A stretch of 64,000 nucleotides of DNA from an uncultured Thermococci archaeon (lineage in GTDB: Archaea > CAYQAE01 > CAYVLA01): assembly GCA_964549615.1 (NCBI GenBank), contig CAZJVP010000090.1, positions 1 through 64,000 on the forward strand, given 5' to 3'. Shown here piece after piece: positions 59,180 to 64,000 of this stretch. Within the stretch, counting starts at the first letter, position 1; every line of letters begins with the position of its first letter. The position numbers and the translations under genes are program-made. The notes below the pieces were generated by a model. The model made no database searches, was not told where the DNA came from, and worked only from the letters and a program-made list of their open reading frames with translations.

Positions 59180-61483
59180 ATGTTCACGGTCCAGAACGAA
59201 TACCTCTCTTTGGCCTTCGACGAAGACGGCGGACTTCGCCGAATCACCAACCTCCTCATCCCGGACGAATGTCTGAAGGGAGGCTTGCCTGGGTCAATGC
59301 CCTTCCGCGTATACGCCGATCCGGTCAAGGAGTTCGAGATCTCGATGAACGACCGGTACCAACTTCTCTTCGAGGATCCATCCAAGACGAGCCGTGCGAT
59401 CATCCAGCCGGGTAACTCCCGATTGGTGCACTGCCGCGGAAAACGCGGGCTGTCTCTGGAATACGAGTCGGAAGGGCTTCTCGCAACGTTGCAAGCGGTG
59501 CCCGGCAGAAACAGGCCGTCATGCGATCTTGGCCTCACGCTCGAGAATCGCGGCACGGAAACGAGGGAACTCATGGTGAGCTTTCCGTACCTTGACGGCG
59601 TGCGGCCCGGGCCCGATCCCCCAAGGAACCTCGCCACCGCAATGGATCAGGCCGGGGTCGTGGTGCCAGCATGGGCACGTCCTGGCGGCGTGTTGGGCGA
59701 GGGGAACCAGATGTCGATGCAGTGGCACACAATCTGGGATCCGCTGACTCGTAGCGCCTTAGGCATCATTATCATGGATCCGGACGTCCGCCCCAAGCGG
59801 CTCATCCTGAAGGAGCCCAGCATCGAGATCAACTACTTTCCCCCGTTTAGCCTCGGACCAGGGCAGTCGCTCAGCCTGCCGCGCGTCAGGATCTTGGCAT
59901 ACAAAGGTGACTGGCGTCGCGCGGCACGGGCCTATCGCCGGTGGTTTGGGCGGGCCTTCGCCTGCGCTGAACCGCCCACATGGTTCCGCCGCTCGGACGG
60001 CTGCACGGGAAGGCACTTCAAGAAAGGCGGCCCAGGCATCGAGCCGGACTACCCAGGACAGTTCGCACTCGAAAGCTTCCGGGAGCTACCGCTCGTGCAC
60101 CTGAAGGTTCCGGTGGACATCACGGAGTATGCGTTCTTCAGCCGGGGTTCCATGCTACATGGCGTCCACACCGACGGCGACAACGTCGTGCGCGAGGACA
60201 TGGGAGGAGCTCAAGCAATGCGGGAAGGCATTGCCGCCGTACACCGCCTCGGACTTCATGTCATGCTCTATGTCGAGGGCTACATCGTACATGGCGAGAG
60301 CGACCTCGCGAAGTCTGGCCGAGTCCAAAGATGGGCCGTTATGCACAGAGACGGGAGCATTGACGGGCCGTATACCAGGCAAGGGTTCCTTCACATGTGC
60401 CCCGGCTGCAACGAGTGGCAGGACCATCTTGCGCAAACGGTTTCGCGGTTGCTGCGGGAGACGGGTGCTGACGGCGTGCGCCTAGACTCGCTCGGGTTCT
60501 ACTATCTGCCTTGCTACAATCCCGCACACTCACATGAGACGCCCTTCGGCTACAACGGGTGGATCAAGCAGCTTCTTGCCAAGGTGCGGAAGGCCGCGCT
60601 TGAGGTGAACCCGGATGCCCTTCTGACCACCGAGGGGCCGGCGGATTGGTACAGCCAGTGGTTCCACGGGGCCCTCACCGCAAGATGCCCCCGAGAGCTT
60701 CCCCTCATGAGGCTCGCCGCTGGGCCCTATCGTCCCTACGCTTACAGTGCCACGGGTGCCGTTTGGGGCTCGATATCCGGTTTCGCGGGTGGCGGTTGCA
60801 GCGGACCGGAACTCGCGCAGCTCGACGCCAACTGGCTCTGCGCCCGCTTCCCGGTGCACGAAGCCCTCGTGTGGGGCGATGTGTGCGATGATCCGATGAC
60901 CTCGGATCCGCACGTGGTCGCAAGGCTGTTCAGAGGGAAAGGGTACTGGGCGCTCGTGGCGGTGCGGCCCGAGTGCAAAGACCCATTTCTGTGGCCTCCG
61001 GGCACGGGCCTTTCACGCGAACACCCTCGCTACACGATCACGATCACCGGCCTCACCACGGGGCCCGAGGACGCCGTGGTCTGCAACATAGAGACGCTCG
61101 AATGGTCCGCGGTGGACCTCGAAGCCCGAGACGGAGGCGTAACCCTGAGCTTGGACGCAAACTGGGCCTTGGACGCAAACTGGGCCTTGGTTATCCTGCG
61201 GGAGCGCGGAGGCCCCGGTGTCGCGGGGATGGGGGCCCTTCCAGCACTTCGTCCCAGTCAGTCTGCCGAGATCGAGGTCCTCGCGCTCGCCTCAGGAGCT
61301 AGACGGCAAACCTGCGGCCGGGTCTCGGTCACGGCCCCGGGGCTGGAGGTAAGGCCGGCCAGGACGACCATGCCGGGGCACGCGACGATAACCGTGCCTT
61401 CGAACGCCCCGCCCGGCAACTACGCCGTCATGCTGCGCGGGAAGGGGATTCTTGGCGCTAAGAGGTTTCTCGTGGTTCGGTGA
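59180..61483 (+). CDS. Large putative glycoside hydrolase (beta-sandwich + TIM barrel, DUF6259-like)
   Basis: MSMQW, GDW, GLHVMLYVEG, MCPG...WQ, GADGVRLDS and TTEG. Confidence 0.6.
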   Translation: MFTVQNEYLSLAFDEDGGLRRITNLLIPDECLKGGLPGSMPFRVYADPVKEFEISMNDRYQLLFEDPSKTSRAIIQPGNSRLVHCRGKRGLSLEYESEGLLATLQAVPGRNRPSCDLGLTLENRGTETRELMVSFPYLDGVRPGPDPPRNLATAMDQAGVVVPAWARPGGVLGEGNQMSMQWHTIWDPLTRSALGIIIMDPDVRPKRLILKEPSIEINYFPPFSLGPGQSLSLPRVRILAYKGDWRRAARAYRRWFGRAFACAEPPTWFRRSDGCTGRHFKKGGPGIEPDYPGQFALESFRELPLVHLKVPVDITEYAFFSRGSMLHGVHTDGDNVVREDMGGAQAMREGIAAVHRLGLHVMLYVEGYIVHGESDLAKSGRVQRWAVMHRDGSIDGPYTRQGFLHMCPGCNEWQDHLAQTVSRLLRETGADGVRLDSLGFYYLPCYNPAHSHETPFGYNGWIKQLLAKVRKAALEVNPDALLTTEGPADWYSQWFHGALTARCPRELPLMRLAAGPYRPYAYSATGAVWGSISGFAGGGCSGPELAQLDANWLCARFPVHEALVWGDVCDDPMTSDPHVVARLFRGKGYWALVAVRPECKDPFLWPPGTGLSREHPRYTITITGLTTGPEDAVVCNIETLEWSAVDLEARDGGVTLSLDANWALDANWALVILRERGGPGVAGMGALPALRPSQSAEIEVLALASGARRQTCGRVSVTAPGLEVRPARTTMPGHATITVPSNAPPGNYAVMLRGKGILGAKRFLVVR
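61150..61190 (+). repeat. In-frame 18-bp tandem duplication (LDANWA x2)
   Basis: CTTGGACGCAAACTGGGC occurs twice, followed by CTTGG. Confidence 0.85.
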
Positions 61484-62838
61484 TCGAGGACAGTTCAAAT
61501 CCAGCTCGACACATCTATAAGTCGAGGCTCTTGCCAACCTTCCCCTTGCCTTCGGATGACGATCTTGTCTCAGAACGTGAAACGAGACGTTCCTTCGTGC
61601 TCGGCGTCGTGAACGGTGCGCTGTTCAACCTCGGATCAACGTTCATCGAGCCCACCACCGTCCTAGCGCTCTTCATAGCCGCGGTCACTGGCTCAGATGC
61701 CTTCGTCGGTCTCATCGCGGCCGTCTCATCCCTGGGTGCATTGCTTCCGCAGATAATCATGGCAAGCAGGGCGGCAGGCGCGAGCAGGAAGATGACGTAC
61801 TATCACCTCTCTTTCGCGATAAGGGCCTTTGCGTTGCTCGGCATGGTGCTCGCCGTCGGACTAGCAAGCGGGCTTGGAGTCTTGGTCGCAACGGTCGTCA
61901 TACTGACTTTCGCGATCTACAGCCTCGGGGGAGGGTTGGCCTACATTCCGTTCATGGAGATCGTCGGCAACACCCTGCGGCCCAGCCAGCGGAGTAGTTT
62001 CTTTGCCTATAGGTCATTCTTCGGAGGGATACTGGCCATGGCGGGAGGATACGTGGTCAAGATGATACTCTCCTCCCCGGCAATTGCATTCCCCCAGAAC
62101 TACCTGCTTCTCTTCACGGTCGGATCGATCTTTGCATTCGTCGCCATGCTTTCCTTCGCACTCGTTCATGAGCCCGTTGTTCTGCAGGCGTCCCGGCGCG
62201 TTCCGCTGAGGGAAACATTGAGGGGTGCGAGAGCGATCGTCATTGAGGACGGCGTGTACAGGAGGTATCTGGCGGTCAGGTGCGTGTTAACCATCGCCGG
62301 AATCTCCGGGCCCTTCTACGTCCTGCATGCCATCAGGGGACTCGGCCTCAACGAATCGACGGTGGGGGTCCTCATAATGTCGATGACCGCCGGGGGAGTG
62401 ATTTCGAACCTTGCTTGGGGCAGAATAGGCGACACCAAGGGGACCAAAGTTGTGATGCTCGCGGGGGCCGTCCTGCTGGCCTCGGCCCCCCTCACCGCAC
62501 TGCTGTCGCAATACCTGGGGGCAGCCGCTAGCTCCGTGATGACCTTCCTTCTCCTAGGACTCGCGAACGCAGGCATCTACATCGGCGTCACGAACTACCT
62601 CCTGGATCACTCCGATCCGGCCAGACGCCCCGTCTATATGGGTTTGACCCAGTTGGTCGTTGGGCTGTTCGGCGTGGCGCCATTGATCGGGGGTTTCGTA
62701 TCGCAGGCAATGGGATATGAAGCCCTTTTCGCGGTCTCCATCGCCAGCGCCTTGACTGCAGCCCTGATGACGCTGTCTTTGCCCGAGCCGCGGAGGATCG
62801 CGGAGACCAGGTTCAGAACCCAGGTCAAGTACTTCTGA
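61480..62838 (+). CDS. MFS transporter
   Basis: About twelve TM helices and an MFS loop motif (WGRIGDTKGTK); its start overlaps the upstream stop (GTGA). Confidence 0.85.
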   Translation: MIEDSSNPARHIYKSRLLPTFPLPSDDDLVSERETRRSFVLGVVNGALFNLGSTFIEPTTVLALFIAAVTGSDAFVGLIAAVSSLGALLPQIIMASRAAGASRKMTYYHLSFAIRAFALLGMVLAVGLASGLGVLVATVVILTFAIYSLGGGLAYIPFMEIVGNTLRPSQRSSFFAYRSFFGGILAMAGGYVVKMILSSPAIAFPQNYLLLFTVGSIFAFVAMLSFALVHEPVVLQASRRVPLRETLRGARAIVIEDGVYRRYLAVRCVLTIAGISGPFYVLHAIRGLGLNESTVGVLIMSMTAGGVISNLAWGRIGDTKGTKVVMLAGAVLLASAPLTALLSQYLGAAASSVMTFLLLGLANAGIYIGVTNYLLDHSDPARRPVYMGLTQLVVGLFGVAPLIGGFVSQAMGYEALFAVSIASALTAALMTLSLPEPRRIAETRFRTQVKYF

Positions 62839-62991
62839 CCGGACCGCGAGCTCCGGCTGCGTTCCGCAGCTACGGGATGGCCGGGGACAGGCAGTGCGGT
62901 CGTCTAGGAACACAGTTAAAAGGGGGCCCGCTCGGGGGCCTGCGTGCTTGGGTGCTTTTTTCCTAGGCACAAGATAGGAGAGTAAAAAATA

Positions 62992-63162
62992 ATGAGTTCC
63001 GAAAGGAGACCCAGCTTCGACAGGGGCCCCAGAGAGATGCACAAGGCAACCTGTTCTGACTGTGGAAAGGAGTGCGAAGTTCCGTTCAAGCCGACGGAAG
63101 GTCGTCCCGTCTACTGCCAGGACTGCTACCAGAAGCGCAGGGGCCCGAGACGAAGGTACTAG
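62992..63162 (+). CDS. CxxC-x17-CxxC domain zinc-binding protein (56 aa, absent from the ORF track)
   Basis: MSSERRPSFDRGPREMHKATCSDCGKECEVPFKPTEGRPVYCQDCYQKRRGPRRRY; GGAG lies upstream. Confidence 0.9.
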   Translation: MSSERRPSFDRGPREMHKATCSDCGKECEVPFKPTEGRPVYCQDCYQKRRGPRRRY

Positions 63163-63535
63163 GGATCTATAAAACACACTGGACACGGCGATCTCACCTT
63201 CCTGATCTTGCCTTAAGGTCCTGCAAGGAAAGCAGGTCCATGCGACAGCTCTGGCGCAACGTCAGGGATCAATGGTTCGCTGGGCTCTCGACTTCCGCTG
63301 GACGGAAAGCCGCAAGTCGCTTGCGGTAGGGACTCGCCGTAACTTTTTCTACCGTCACCATTAGACCTAGGACTAGGCTTTCGAGGACCGGCCGGTCCCG
63401 CCAAGCCAAACAGGACCTCGAACTGGCCAACTTTGACGATCTGGACGGCCGCAAGAGAAACGCAAGCGGTGCCAACTGCCAACCGGCCATAAACTTAAGA
63501 AAGTTGAGACCAACCGGGGCGCGGAGACTTGCTGT

Positions 63536-63883
63536 ATGGTTTACTGCACTAAGTGCGGCGCGAAGAACGACGAGCGCGCCCAAGTTTGCGCGAGTTGCGG
63601 CCAGAGCCTTTACCCGGCTCGGGGGCGACCTGCTGCTAGGCACGACGAGGAGTGTTTCGGGCCACGGCGGGAGATGGAAGAGGAATGCTTCGGAGTGCCC
63701 CGAGGGGGAGCTGTTTTCGCCATACTCATGGGCTTGGCGGTGATCGTGATCGGGGTCGCCTACCTTTTGGGTCAGTACTACGGTTGGTCCATAGATGTGT
63801 GGAAGAGCCTGGGCCCCTCGATCCTCATAGTCATCGGCATACTCATCGTGGTAGGTGCCCTCTACCGGGCTAGAGAGCGCTGA
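63536..63883 (+). CDS. Zinc-ribbon domain membrane protein
   Basis: MVYCTKCG...CASCG, two ECFG repeats and two C-terminal TM helices. Confidence 0.8.
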   Translation: MVYCTKCGAKNDERAQVCASCGQSLYPARGRPAARHDEECFGPRREMEEECFGVPRGGAVFAILMGLAVIVIGVAYLLGQYYGWSIDVWKSLGPSILIVIGILIVVGALYRARER

Positions 63884-64000
63884 GGTACCGCCTTCCGCCA
63901 CAGGGCGCAGTGCAGGCTCCACAGGTACGTTCGTGGTCCCAGCCGGCAAGGGCGATCCTGGTCATTATCCAGAACCCGATCAACACCAAGAGGAAAAGGT

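Noticed and set aside
1-64000. CRISPR array, cas genes, transposases, integrases, rRNA or tRNA genes
   Set aside because: I saw no regularly spaced repeats, recognisable mobile-element proteins or cloverleaf/rRNA signatures by eye. A highly intron-split tRNA could be missed.
63870-64000. Possible 3' end of a minus-strand membrane protein gene running in from the window edge
   Set aside because: Only ~42 codons are visible, which is too little to support a call.

Overview
This is a GC-rich archaeal window. The archaeal markers are a DnaG-type primase, uL16/L10e, a PolD small subunit, a tRNA-splicing endonuclease, an Hsp20-regulator-CDC48 operon and an F420-dependent NADP reductase; the lineage is probably deep-branching, which is my inference. 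A core housekeeping block (~33.8-50.2 kb) lies between two accessory regions rich in glycan-degrading enzymes: GH29-like, heparinase II/III-like, sulfatase, beta-helix, several clan GH-A, two Asp-box sialidase-like proteins and a LamG/propeller protein. These regions also hold a nucleoside ABC transporter and an MNT-HEPN pair. The main unexplained signal is eight dispersed paralogues of one ~400-aa single-pass surface protein. Each has a signal peptide, a DUF1355/GATase1-like domain, a helical stalk, a Glu-containing transmembrane helix and a nearly invariant cytoplasmic tail (RRRLYREVxxT), and most sit among the glycan-enzyme genes. Other oddities are a 16-bp frameshifting insertion that exactly copies an upstream intergenic 16-mer, a PolD DP1 with a substituted exonuclease motif, an epsilon2-like splicing endonuclease, and a ~560-nt unexplained promoter-bearing gap before dnaG. 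All calls come from reading the sequence and recalled family motifs; no searches were run.
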